Source of the DNA: Torpedo marmorata
Taxonomy: Eukaryota
Direction: 5' to 3'
Assembly (NCBI GenBank): GCA_977017645.1
Contig: OZ360224.1
Span: forward strand, 118,730,001-118,794,000
Length of the DNA stretch: 64,000 nt
A program made the translations under genes and the position numbers. A model generated the notes under the pieces. That model ran no database searches, had not been told where the DNA came from, and worked only from the letters and a program-made list of their open reading frames with translations. This document shows, piece by piece, positions 36,401 through 48,309 of this stretch. Each line of letters opens with the position of its first letter. Positions within the stretch are counted from its first letter, which is position 1.

Positions 36401-38275
36401 CCGTATATTTTGGCGTATAAGTCGACCAGCAGATAAGTCGACCCCCCTTTTTCAGCCTCATTTTAATGGTTTTATTGTATATCCGGCGTATAAGTCGATC
36501 CCCAAAAATCGCGATGCCTGAGATGTTGCGCATTGACTGGCGTATAAGTTGACCCCCAAAAATCGCGATGATTGAGCTGCTGGGCGTTGACCGGCGTATA
36601 GGTCGACCCACAACGATCGCGCTGATTGAGCTGCTGGGCGTTGGCTGGAGGTGATTGTTATCATGGAGGCTCAATTGAAACTTGAAACGACGAAAGTATG
36701 AGGCGAGTTTTAAATTAAAAGTTATAGAAATGGCCAAGAAAACCAACAACTGTGCTGCTGCAAGAAAATTTGATATATACGAGAAGTTGGTAAGAGATTG
36801 GAGGAAGAAAGAAGATACTTTAAGAAAAATACCAAAAAGGCAATGTTCGATGAGAAGAGGAATCACTCGTTGGGCAGAGTTGGAAAATCATGTCGCAGCA
36901 TGGGTACGTGAACAGAGGCAAGATTGCTACATTGTCACCCGAAATAAAATAAGAACATTTGCACTGAAGTGGGTAAAGTCGCACCCAGAACTCAGTAATG
37001 ATTTTGAAGCTACAGTAGGCTGGTGCAACCGTTTCATGAACAGGAAAAATCTGGTTTTACGACAAAAAACTAAAATTGCTCAGAAACTACCAAAAGATCT
37101 TGATCATAAAGTTGTAAGTTTTCACCAGTTTATTTTACGTAACCGGCAAAAACACAAGTTTGCATTGGCAAATATTGGAAACATGGACGAAACCCCCATG
37201 AATTTTGACATGATAGGCAATAGAACAGTGGAATGGAAAGGTGTGAAAACTGTGCAAACGAGGAGTACAGGACATGAAAGGACCAGGTTTACCGTGGTGT
37301 TATCGTGCATGGCTGACGGGACAAAGTTAAGACCGATGGTAATCTTCAAGCGCAAACTTAAACCTAAAACAAATTTCCTAGCAGGTATTTTTGTACATTT
37401 TCACGAAAAAGGATGGATGGATGAAAATGGTGTAAAACTATGGATAGACAATGTGTGGAACAGGCGGCCAGGCGGTTTACGCAAGGAACAGAGTTTGCTG
37501 GTCTGGGATATGTTTCGTAGCCACTTAACTGAGAAGACTAAAAGTAGATTAGCACAACATAATACTTACATGGCGGTTATCCCGGGTGGTTTGACGTCTA
37601 TATTGCAACCTCTCGATGTCTGCTTGAACAAGCCATTCAAAGACCATGTGCGTGAAGAGTGGAATACATGGATGACGAGTGCAGAAAAATCATTTACAAA
37701 AGGCGGGGCAATGCGTGCTGTATCGCTTGATGTGCTGTGTGACTTCGTGCTCAAGGCATGGGACAAAGTGAAAGTAGAGACTGTAATAAAATCGTTTAAA
37801 AAGTACAGTATCTCTTGTGCAATTGATGGTACGGAAGATGATTTATTGTGGGACACTGACGACGAAGCTGAAGACGCCTCATCAGATACAGACTGGGACC
37901 TGTACGATGACTGTTTAAACAGTGAGACCCCAGATGTGCTTGCCGAGATCTTTGCCTCAGACGATGATAGCGAAAGTGATTTTGAAGGGTTCTAAATGTC
38001 TTGTTGTTTTCAATAAAAATGTCAATGAAAATTTGTTGCAGTCGGGTTTTTATTTGGTTTTTCAAGGTTCGACTTATACGCCGAATCGTGTTTTCAAGGG
38101 TCGACTTATACGCCGAATCGTGTTTTCAAGGGTCGACTTATACGCCGTATCGGCGTGGACTGGTTTTTGAGCTGATTTTAAGGTCTCAAAAGTATATCCG
38201 GCGTATAAGTCGACCCCCGTTTTTTGAGAGATTTTTGAGGGTTTCAAGACTCGACTTATACGCCGAAATATACGG
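36401..38275 (+). mobile_element. pogo-superfamily (Passer-like, DD35D) DNA transposon
   Basis: ~25-bp TIRs CCGTATATTTTGGCGTATAAGTCGA and TCGACTTATACGCCGAAATATACGG; TA on the left flank; L1 ORF2 resumes after it. Confidence 0.93.
36682..37995 (+). CDS. pogo/Passer transposase (Brinker-type DBD, HTH CENP-B-like, DDE_1); open 437 codons, true ATG probably 36663 out of frame
   Basis: KRRKYEASFKLKVI; NMDET; VWD-x35-D (QPLD); acidic tail ending SESDFEGF. Confidence 0.88.
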   Translation: MKRRKYEASFKLKVIEMAKKTNNCAAARKFDIYEKLVRDWRKKEDTLRKIPKRQCSMRRGITRWAELENHVAAWVREQRQDCYIVTRNKIRTFALKWVKSHPELSNDFEATVGWCNRFMNRKNLVLRQKTKIAQKLPKDLDHKVVSFHQFILRNRQKHKFALANIGNMDETPMNFDMIGNRTVEWKGVKTVQTRSTGHERTRFTVVLSCMADGTKLRPMVIFKRKLKPKTNFLAGIFVHFHEKGWMDENGVKLWIDNVWNRRPGGLRKEQSLLVWDMFRSHLTEKTKSRLAQHNTYMAVIPGGLTSILQPLDVCLNKPFKDHVREEWNTWMTSAEKSFTKGGAMRAVSLDVLCDFVLKAWDKVKVETVIKSFKKYSISCAIDGTEDDLLWDTDDEAEDASSDTDWDLYDDCLNSETPDVLAEIFASDDDSESDFEGF

Positions 38276-39902
38276 ATGGAGAAGCCTGCCCATCACATTA
38301 GTGGGCACGGTTAACTGTATCAAAATGATGGTGATACCGAAACTGCAATACCTTTTTCAATCTTTACCTATTCCTTTGCCAAAAACCTTTTTAAAAACAC
38401 TTAATGGATATGTAAGGCAGTTTATTTGGAATGGCAAAGTCTCCATGGAAAAGCTGACATGGGATTATAAATTGGGGGGGCTTGCGATTACCAGATTTTA
38501 AGAAGTATTACTTAACAGCCCAGTCGAGGTTTCTCTTGTCCTTTTTTGAGGAGGGTGATACACCTTCATGGGTTCAAATTGGACTAAATACGATAGGGGA
38601 GAAAATAGCTAAGGACTTTATTTATAAATGGAACATCAAGTTAATATCCAAAAGAACGAACAACTCTATTCTGAAACATATGATTAAAATTTGGCAAGAA
38701 ATCAATGAGTGTATTGGGGGAAAATTTGGAATATCCCCCAAGACACCTCTGTTTCAAAATGAACTTATACCCATGATTTTAGGTAAAATATGGAACGTTT
38801 GGTATCAGAAGGGTGTTCGATATATTGAAGACTACTACGACAAGGGACAGCTTATGTCCTTTGAACAACTCAAAAATAAATATGATTTGTCTAATTGAAC
38901 CTTTCACTGTTTTCTCCAATTAAGATCCTTCTTGCGAGAAAGGTGGGGTCCTGCAATGACCCCACCTATAAGCAACGAGGTAGAACAGTTACTTCGACTG
39001 GGAAATGCACTCAAAATTATATCCAGAATGTATTTTGTGCTCCAAAGTGAAAGCCCTAAGCCGAGGGAGAGGTGGGAGTCGGACCTAGATATGACAATTC
39101 ATGAACGTTGCTGGTCGGATTGATGTAGGAATAGTATGACGACGGTTATTAATGCTAGATATAGATTGGTTCAATATAATTTCTTGCACCAACTATATCT
39201 CACACCACAAAAGTTACACGAATCAATATCCGAAATATCGGAAATGTGCTTCAGATGTGGTGGGGAAATTGGAACTTTCCTGCACTCCACTTGGACCTGT
39301 GCAAAGGTACGACCGTTTTGGTATGATATATCTAATATACTAACCAAAATTACGGGGGTAGCCTTTCCACGGGACCTGGAGTTGTATCTCCTAGGAAATC
39401 TAATGGACATAAGCTACAAATTATCTAAAATCCAAATTCAATTTGTGCTAGTTGCTTTGTCCGTAGCAAAAAAATGCATAGCAGTCACTTGGAAGTACGA
39501 CTCCCCCCTTCAAATCACTCGGTGGTCAGCAGAAATGTGCAGCTGTATTCCTATGGAGAAAATTACATATAACCTCAGGAATAGATACGGTACATTTGTA
39601 AAGGTGTGGCAACCATACCTGCCGTATATTGGGGTCCAGTAGTAATTCAAACCCTAAAGTATAATACAATATAGTGTAGAAATATTTAACGGTGTGGCAT
39701 CTCCAAAAAGATTGAAAAATTAATGTAAGCACTGACAGTATGTTTAGTTTTTCATTTTCTTTCTTTTCTTTTGTATGTTTTATTTTCTTTTTTCAGTTGG
39801 GAGGAGGGAGGGAAAGTTTAATGATAATGTTGTATATAGTTGTAAATTGTATATTTTCTGTTTATATTGTGGACTTTAAAAATAAAAAATTCCAAAAAAA
39901 AA

Positions 39903-42900
39903 GGAAACCATGCTGACTTGGACCTATCTTGTGATGCTCCTCTACGTACTCCATAATCTCATCTTTGACAATTGATTCGAACATCTTCCCAACTACCGAT
40001 GTCAGACTAATAGGTCTATAGTTTCCTTTCTGCTGCCTCCTTCCCTTCTTAAACAGCGGAGTGACATTCGAGATTCTCCAGTCCTCGAGAACCATGCCAG
40101 AATCCATTGATTCCTTGAAGATCATTACCAATGCCTCCACAATCTCTGCAGTAACCTCCTTCAGAACTCGAGGGCATATTCCATCCGACTGGGAGACTTA
40201 TCTACCCTTACACCATTTAGCTTCCCAAGTACCTTCTCTCTCGTGATCTTGAAAGCATTCACTTCACTTCCCAGAGACCCTTGAGAGTCCGGTAAGCCAC
40301 TAATGTCTTCCACAGTGAAGACTGATCCAAAATATTCATTCTGTCATCTCCTTGTCTCCCATTACAATTTCTCCAGCGTAATTTTCTAACGGTCCTAAGT
40401 CTACTCTTGTCTCCCTTTTGCTCTTTATATACTTAAAAAAGCTTTGATATTATTTGCTAACCTCCTTTCATAATTTCTCTTTTCCTTCCTAATCACCTTC
40501 TTAGTTGCCTTCTCTAAGTTTTTAAGTTTCCCAGTCCTCTATCTTCCCACTATTTTTTGCTTCCTTGTATGCCCTCTCTTTTGCTTTTACTTTGGCTTTT
40601 ACTTCCCTCGTCGGCCACAATTGTCTCATTTTCCCATTCACAACTTTCTTTCTTTTTGTTATGTGCCTGTCCTGCACTTTCCTCATTTTTTGCAGAAACT
40701 CCAGCCATTACTGATCTGCTGCCTTCCTCATTAGTGTGTTTTTCCAATCGACTTTGGCCAGATCCTCTCTCATGTGACTGTAATTTCCTTTTCTCCACTG
40801 AAATATCGACACATCGGACTTTAGCCTTTCCTTTTCAAATTTCAGTGAACTCAATCATATTGTGATCACTGCCTCCTAAGGGTCCCTTTACCTTAAGCTC
40901 CCTAATTACCTCTGGTTCATTTGATAACACCCAATCCAAAACAGCCGATCCCCTGGTGGGCTCATTAACAAGCTGCTCCAAGAAGCCATCCCATAGGCAT
41001 TCCACAAACTCTCTCTCCTGAGATCCTGTACCTACCTGACTTTCCCAATCTACTTTCATGTTAAAATCCCCCAAGATTATTGTAACGTTGTCCCTCCGAC
41101 ATGTCTTTTTTAATTTCCAGTTGTATTTTGTAGTCCACATCCCGGCTGCTGTTTGGAGGCCTGTATATAACTGCCATTAGGGTCCTTTTACCTTTATCAT
41201 TCCTTAACTCAACCCATAAGGATTCTACCTCTTCTGATCCTATGTCACTTCTGTCCAATGATTTGATATTGTTTACCAGCAGAGCCACGCCACCCCTCTG
41301 CCACCTGCCTATCCTTCTGATACACCGTGTATCCTTGGACGTTGAGCTCCCAATGACATCCATCCTTTAGCCATGACTCAGTAATGGCCACAACATCATA
41401 CCCTCCAATCTGTAACTGTACTGCAAGATCATCCACCTTGTTTCTAATGCTGCATGCATTTAAGTATAATACCTTTAGACCAGTTTTTGTATGCACTGTG
41501 TCTCTTGTCATCCCCCTGGCAGCAATCACCTGCTTGTCATCCTTGCTGCACACTATCCTTGGTTTATTTCTATTTTGCCCTTCATCAGCTCTGACACCCT
41601 GGTTACTATCTCCCTGCAAAATTAGTTTAAATCTTCCTCAACAACCATATTAAACCTGCTTGCCAGGATATTGGACCCCTTTGGGTTTCGGTGTATTCCA
41701 TCATTTTGTATAGGTCGTACCTTCCCCAAAATAGATCACAGTGATCCAAGAATCTAAAGCCCTGCCCTCTGCACCAATTTTGCAGCCACGCATTTATCTG
41801 CCTGATGTTGCTATTTTTGCCCTCACTAGCACGAGGCACAGGAAGTAATCCTGAGATTACCACGCTGGAGGTCCTGCTTCTCAGCTTCCTTCCTAATTCC
41901 TTGCACAGTGAAACCCCAATTTTACGCACCCCGATGAGTCATTGGACTCGGGCGTCGGGCAGGAGCGGCAGCTCAATGCGGGATCAATGGCCATCTTCGT
42001 TACCCATAATCCCCCACGCAGCTGGAACCGCTCTGCGTTTCCATGGCGCTGGCACTGGCAGAGCAGTTCCAGCTGGGTGGGGGATTATGGGTAACGAAGA
42101 CGGCCATTGATCCCGCATTGAGCCGCCGCTCCTGCCCGACGCCCGAGTCCAATGACTACTTCTAAACGCCTTTAAACATGCTGCTGAGCAGCGTTAAGCT
42201 GTGAGCGTTCAGCATCGTTGCACACTTTATTTGTTTCCTGCCGGCGAAATTGCCATTTCTGGTTTACTAAAGATTCACTTGTGTTTTAATTTCAACTGTA
42301 ACAACGATTTATTGAAACCCCGATTTAGCGCGACCCCGCTTTTTTCTCGATGCGATTTTCTGGACCCAAACTATCGCGTTATAACGGGGTTCCACTGTAT
42401 TCTCCCTTCAGGACATCCATACTGATCTTTCCTATGTCATTGGTACCAACATGTACCAAGGCTTCTGGCTGTTCACCCTCTCTCCTCAGAATGTTTTAGA
42501 CCCGATCAGAGACATCCCGTACCCTGGCACCTGGGAGGCAACACACCATCCAGGCATCTTTATCAGGACCACAGAGTCTCTTTTCCTTCATCCTCAACAT
42601 AGAATCACCGATCATAACTGCATGCTTCTTCACCTTCTGCGTCAAAGTGCCAGACTCATTGCCGGAGACCTGGTCACCATGGTTATCCTGTCAGGTCATC
42701 CTCAGCAATGCTATCCAGGTCGATATACCAGTTGCTGAGGGGGACGGCCACAGAGGTGCTCTCTACTAACTCCCGGTAGCTCCTATTTTCTCTTCACTCT
42801 CCCTAATGAGCAGTAGATCATCAAACTACAGCTCCAGTTCCTAACACGGTCCCTAAGGAGCTGCATCTCAGTGCTCCTGGCGTAGATGTAGGCATCGGGG

Positions 42901-43170
42901 AGAGCACTAGCCCGACAGACATACTGCCTCGTCTGTAAGCAGTTTAATAAGTAATACACAATTCACTTACCCACACTATAACCCTCACCTATTACCTGTT
43001 CTCGCAGAAGCCTGTTGAGCCAAAGCCTTACCACTCTGACTCAGTCCACTCTGACAATGACCACTCCCTGCTACAGTCCCTCACTTTTATAGTGATACTC
43101 AGCCTCTTCCCCCAATCAGCCTCTTCCCCCAATCAGCCTCTTCCCCCAATCAGCCTCTTTCCCCAATCAG
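39903..43170 (-). mobile_element. CR1 LINE 5' portion (5'UTR, ORF1 esterase, EN, start of RT), degenerate
   Basis: GNYRPISLTSVVGK; LYLNACSIRNK; ITESWL; VVISGLLPVP; 5'UTR similar to 1148-1220. Confidence 0.88.
41906..42397. mobile_element. Tigger/pogo-type MITE with internal 100-bp inverted repeat
   Basis: Imperfect TIRs CAGTG(A/G)AACCCC; TA on the right flank and CA on the left; interrupts CR1 ORF1. Confidence 0.8.
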
Positions 43171-43394
43171 CCAAGACCGCTCTGGATCCAGTCAGGGAAC
43201 GAAACAGGCCCTTTGGCCCAGCATGTCCGTGCTGACCAACAGCCTACATGTCCCATCTCTCCCATATGCTCCGTCCTTGTACCTAATCCCACCCCCTCTC
43301 TCCATCCACGTCCACCCCCTCCCCCTCTCTTTAGTCCCCCCCCTTGATCCAATTCCCCCTCCCCCTCTCTCAGTCCAGCCCCCTTCCCCCTCTC

Positions 43395-44053
43395 TCAGAT
43401 TTCAGATTCAGATTTCATATTTATTGTCAGAGTACATACATGACGTCACATACAACCCTGGGATTCTTTTTTCCTGCGGGCGCGGCAGAATTACCACTAA
43501 TTGGTAGTGCAAAAAGTAGACTGTACACAGCGTAAACATGTAAACAATCAAAAGAACTGCTAACAGGTAACGAATGAAACTGAAAATGAAACTGACTGTG
43601 CAATACAGAGAGCAAAGAAAAATCAATAAAATGCACGATTAAGAGTCCTTAAATGAGTCTCTGATTTGACTTTGTCGTTGAGGATTCTGATGGTAGAGGG
43701 GTAGCAGCTGTTCCTAAACCTGGTGGTGTGAGTCTTGTGGCACCTATACCTCTTTCATAATGGCAGCAGCGAGAACAGAGCATGTGCTGGGTGGTGTGGG
43801 TCTTTGATGATTGCTGCTGCCCTCCGACGGCATCGTTCCCTGTAGATGTACTCAATAGTGGGGAGGGTTTTGCCAGTAATGTCCTTGGCTGTGTCCACTA
43901 CCTTTTGGAGGGCTTTACGCTCAGGGGTATTGGTGTCCCCATACCAGACCGTGATGCAGCCGGTCAGCATACTTTCCACCACACATCTTTAGAAATTTGC
44001 CAGGGTTTCTGGTGTCATACCAAACCTCTGCAAGCTCCTGAGGAAGTAGAGGT
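43395..44053 (-). mobile_element. Rex1-type LINE 3' fragment
   Basis: VESMLTGCITVWYG..IIKDPHHPAHALFSLLP; tail of (TCTGAA) repeats. Confidence 0.85.
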
Positions 44054-44054
44054 G

Positions 44055-44690
44055 TTCCCCCTCTCTCGGTCCCTGTCCCCCTTGTTCACCCCTCTCGGTC
44101 CCCGTCTTTCCCTCAGTCTTCCTCTCCATCTCGGTCCCCTTCCCCCTCTCGGTCCCTGCCCCGCCCCCTCAGTCCCCCCTCCCCCCTCCCAGACCCTCCC
44201 CTGCCCCACCCCGGTCCCCACCCCCCCTCAGTCCCCGTCCCCACCCCCCATCGGTTCCCCCACCCTCAGTCTCGGTCCCTGCCCCCCCCTCTCAGTCCCC
44301 CCTCCCCCCTCCCAGACCCTCTCCTGCCCCACCCCCCTCAGTCCCCGTCCCCACCCCCCATCGGTTCCCCCACCCTCAGTCCCCTCCCTCTCCCCTCCCC
44401 CTCTCGGTCCCTGCGCCCCAGCCCCTCTCGGTCCCCTCCCCCTCCCGTCCCTGCCCCCTCCCGGTCGCCCTGCCCCTCCCTGTCCCCTCCCCCTCTCTGT
44501 CCCTCCCCTCTCTCGGTCCCCGCCCCCTCTCCCCTCTGTCCTCTCCCCCTCTCGGTCCCCTCCCCCTCTCCCCTCCCCCACCCCTCCTTCTCCGCCTTCT
44601 CAGTCCCGCCCCCTCTCGGTCCCCTCCCCCTCCCGGTCCCCTCCCCCCTCTCGGTCCCATCCCGGTCCCCTCCCGGACCCCTCCCCTGCC
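44055..44690. repeat. C-rich low-complexity tract (CTCGGTCCCC units)
   Basis: Degenerate tandem units. Confidence 0.85.
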
Positions 44691-45258
44691 TCTTCAGGTG
44701 CTGTCTAAATGCCTCTCACACCCTGGAGCAGAGTCTGCTTCCACCAACTCCACTGCAGCCTGTCCCAGCCACTCACCTGTATTGAATACGTGCCTCCCAC
44801 ATCTCTGTCAAACTCCCCCTTCCTCACCTTCAACCTCTGCCCTCCAGTATGGGCCATTTCCATGCTGGAAGAGACACTGTCCACCCTATCAATGCCTCTC
44901 CTCTGGATTTTACACACCTCTATTGGGCTTACCCTCAGCCTCCGACAGTCCACAGGAAACTCACTGCTCCCTCCCACTGTACTAAAGTCCTGTGGATACA
45001 ACCTGAACCAGTCCAATCTTTCTGCTTAAGAACCTTCCCGGAACAGGTTTTTGCCTATTTGAACCACCTTCCTGAATGGGACCAAAATGTAGATAGTTCT
45101 CCAGGAGTGGTTTCACACGTGCTCTTCACCTGTAGCATTAATCTGACTGTATTCAACTCCCTGAGCACAGAGCGATGATGTTCTCTTCACTTTCCTGGGT
45201 ACCTGTTCTCTGCCCTGCGGCGAACCCTGCCCTGCGTCGAACCCTGCCCTGCAGTTAA

Positions 45259-45517
45259 GGGCGGCACGGTTAGCGTAGCAGCTAGCACATCGTTGTTACA
45301 GCACCAGCGACCTGGGTTCGAATCCAGCACTGTCTGTAAGGAGTTTGTACGTCCTCCCCGTGTCTGTGTGGGTTTCCTCCGAGTGCTCCAGTTCCCTCCC
45401 ACCGTTCAAAACGTACCAGGGGTTGTCGGTCATTTGGGTGTAATTGGGCAGCATGGGCTCATGGACCGGGAGGGCCTGTTACCATGCTGTATGTCTAAAT
45501 TTTTTTTAAATAAATTT
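45259..45517 (+). mobile_element. V-SINE (HE1-like)
   Basis: GGGCGGCACGGTTAGCGTAGC head, B-box GGTTCGAATCC, V-domain. Confidence 0.88.
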
Positions 45518-45856
45518 AGTTCTGCACCACGGTTAATCCTGCGCCCCAGTGAATCCTATGTTGCAAAGATATGTAACCAATGTTTCAAGCCTGAGCCCTT
45601 TGTCAAGTTAAGAGCAAAAAGCAGGCAGGCAATTGAATAAAATGGTGGGGGGGGAGGGCAGGGGGAGGAGCACAGGCCCTCAAGCAAGAGGTCATAGGTG
45701 GATAATGAGTGGGAGGGCCAAGAGAAAAGAGCTGAGAAGTGATGGGGGAAGAGATTAATTCTCTGAATGGAGAGGGAACGGGGTGGGGTGCTGAAGGAAA
45801 GGAGACAGAGGGACAGGGAACGAGAGAGGGAGAGAGAGACAAGGGAGGGGCCTGCA

Positions 45857-46679
45857 CAGAGGAGACTTCGAGGACAATTAATGCAGTTCAGTCGGGACCG
45901 GATAAGATATCGTACAATCCAAAAGAGATCAATTACACTTTTAAACAGTTTTATGCAAAATTGTATGAGTCAGAGTCGCCAAGTGACTCAATTACAATAG
46001 ATGAGTTCCTGTCTACGATTGAACTGCCAAAGTTGGACCAGGAGGATCAGATGGAATTAGGTGCCCCATTCTCCGAAGAGGAGATTGAAAAAGCCTTGGG
46101 TTCTCTACAGGCAAATAAATCGCCGGGAGAAGATGGTTTCCCTCCTGAGTTCTACAGAGTTTAAGGATCTTTTGATGCCTCTTATTATGAATGTAGTTAA
46201 CCAGGCGGCGGAAACACGGACTCTCCCAGAATCCTTTTCAACAGCTATTATTACGGTTATACCAAAAAAAAATAGAGACCCATTAAAACCTTCTTCATAC
46301 AGGTCCATTACATTATTAAATGCGGACTACAAAATAATAGCCAAGCCATTGGCTAATAGATTGGGTCAATATTTATAAAAACGTACTTGGAGCACATTGG
46401 TGCTCAGTTGTAATCAAACCCCTGAGGTATGGTATACTGTAAGGTATAATTAGTTTAAGGGTATGTCATCCCCAAAGACTTGGACAAAAGTTGTAAGCGC
46501 TGACGGTACGTTTAGTTTTCTTTTCCTTTTCTTCTGTTTTGGTTTTATTCTTTTTGGGTGGGGGAGGGAGGGTTAAGGGGCGTAATGTATTCTGTACTTG
46601 ATACGTTTGAAAGTTATGTATATTTGTGATGGTTTATTAATGTTTTGTGAAAATTTTGAAAATGAAATATTTTTTTTAA
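45857..46679 (+). mobile_element. L1 insertion, 5'-truncated and internally deleted
   Basis: 16-bp TSD AAGGGAGGGGCCTGCA; pre-RT segment (KSPGEDGF..YRSITLLN) joined at ~46378 to the last codons and 3'UTR. Confidence 0.88.
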
Positions 46680-47098
46680 AAGGGAGGGGCCTGCAGTAAC
46701 CTCTGCTGGGGCACCCAGTCAAAATCTTCAGGACATCTTGGCCGGACCATCCTCCAGCTGTGACCCCATACACTACCTCTACTCCTGCCCCCCACCCACC
46801 TCTGCCTCCCCACACACAACAGACACAATCACACAGGCCGCTTGCAGGCTCTCGTGCACTATAATAACCTGGATTCAAACCTAATGGACAACCCTCAGTG
46901 CCAACACACTGCGATGCACCCATCGATCCCACTAATGCCCTCTCATCAACCCAAGAGAAGGCAGTGAACGGGCGCTCCGGGTGCAGGGCAGCGAACGGGC
47001 GCTCCGGGTGCAGGGCAGCGAACGCGCGCGAGGAGGCAAACAGGCGCGAGGGACACGAGGCAGGGAACGGGCATTCAGGGTGCGAGGCACTGACTCAC

Positions 47099-47169
47099 CT
47101 GTACTGTCGCTGGAGATCCGCAGCCACAAGCCTGATGTCCACGTACTCACTGCCGCTGTTACTGAGGTA
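47099..47169 (-). CDS. NVL: NVL coding exon 2 (YLSNSGSEYVDIRLVAADLQRQY)
   Basis: cag|TAC...TAC AG|gtgagt; 71 nt, phase 0/2. Matches recalled [24 protein letters not shown]. Confidence 0.94.
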
Positions 47170-47204
47170 CTGTAAGGAGAGAGGGCGACGTGAGGGGAAA
47201 CCTC

Positions 47205-47545
47205 CCCGTGACTCCTCAACCCCACTCCCCCAGTGACAACCCCCTCACCTCAATGACCCCCTCAACCCCCTTCAGTGACAATCCCACTCCCCCAGTGACC
47301 CCCTCAACCCCCCTCCCGTGACCCCCTCAACCTTCCTCCCGTGACTCCCTCAACCTCCTCCCCGTGACCCCCTCAACCCCCCTCCTCCCGTGACCCCCTC
47401 AACCCCCTCCCCGTGACCCCCTCAACCCCACTCCTCCCGTGACCCCCTCAACCCCCCTTCCCCGTGACCCCCTCAACCCACCTCCCCCAGTGACCCCCTT
47501 AACCCACCTCCCCCAGTGACCCCCTCAACCCCCCCCTCAACCCCC
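47205..47545. repeat. ~25-bp minisatellite (CCCGTGACCCCCTCAACCCC..)
   Basis: Direct tandem repeats. Confidence 0.85.
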
Positions 47546-48133
47546 ACGACATGCCCATAATCCTACATTTCTCACATCCAGATGCCTGTCTAAGAGGTGC
47601 CTGGTCCCTATTGTACCAGCCTCCACCACCACCCCCAGCAATGCATTCCAGGCTTCCTCCATCCTTTGTGCAAAAAAAAAACCGCACCTCTGACGTCTCC
47701 CCTAAACTTTCCTCCACTCACCTTAAACAGATGCCCTCTGGTATTGGTTAAAAGGTGCTGACAGTCCACTCTATCTATGTTTCTTATAGCCTTCTACACT
47801 ATTAAATCACCTCTCATTCTTCGTTGCTCCTGGAGAAAGGCCCGAACTATCAACCTTGCTTCAGTTGACGTTCTCCAATCCAAGCAACTTCCAGGTAAAC
47901 CTCCTCTGCACCGTTATAGATTGATGTTTGATAATCTGTCACTGTTCCTCCGCTGTCTCTTGGCTGATTTTCCTAATGCACCTTATCGTTATTTAAGAGG
48001 AAGACTGGCTTTGGCCCATAAAATGCACCTGGAATTCTATCATTTTGTGCTCACTCATCTCTGAGGGAATCTGTAAGCACAAGATTCCTTGTTAGTCCTT
48101 CCTCATCTTTTCTGAAGGATTCCCACGGAGTAC

Positions 48134-48187
48134 CTGTTTCACTCGGTGCTTCAGGCGAGGATCGACCAGGGGGGTTCTCTTCTTCAT
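48134..48187 (-). CDS. NVL: NVL first coding exon (MKKRTPLVDPRLKHRVKQ); exon probably spans 48134-48215
   Basis: AACATG start; CAG|gtactc donor; upstream acceptor ttcccttacag at 48216. Matches recalled MKPRPAGFVDNKLKQRVIQ. Confidence 0.92.
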
Positions 48188-48309
48188 GTTGACCGTGTGC
48201 TCTCACAAACTCCGCCTGTAAGGGAAGATATCAGAGGGTCATACACCAGATCCTCGATGACACATGCACGTAATCTGCTGTGTCTGAGTACAATACACAA
48301 ACGTGCTGG

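Larger units (their letters stand above)
32041..39902 (+). mobile_element. L1-type LINE, full ORF2 region (32055-32523, 34494-36400, 38276-39642) plus 3'UTR and poly-A, carrying nested elements
   Basis: SFNVNGLN, LQETH, SDH (EN); SLDAEKAFDR, RQGCPLSP, LFEDD (RT); C-terminal CFRC..H..C; A-tail at ~39895. Confidence 0.93.
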
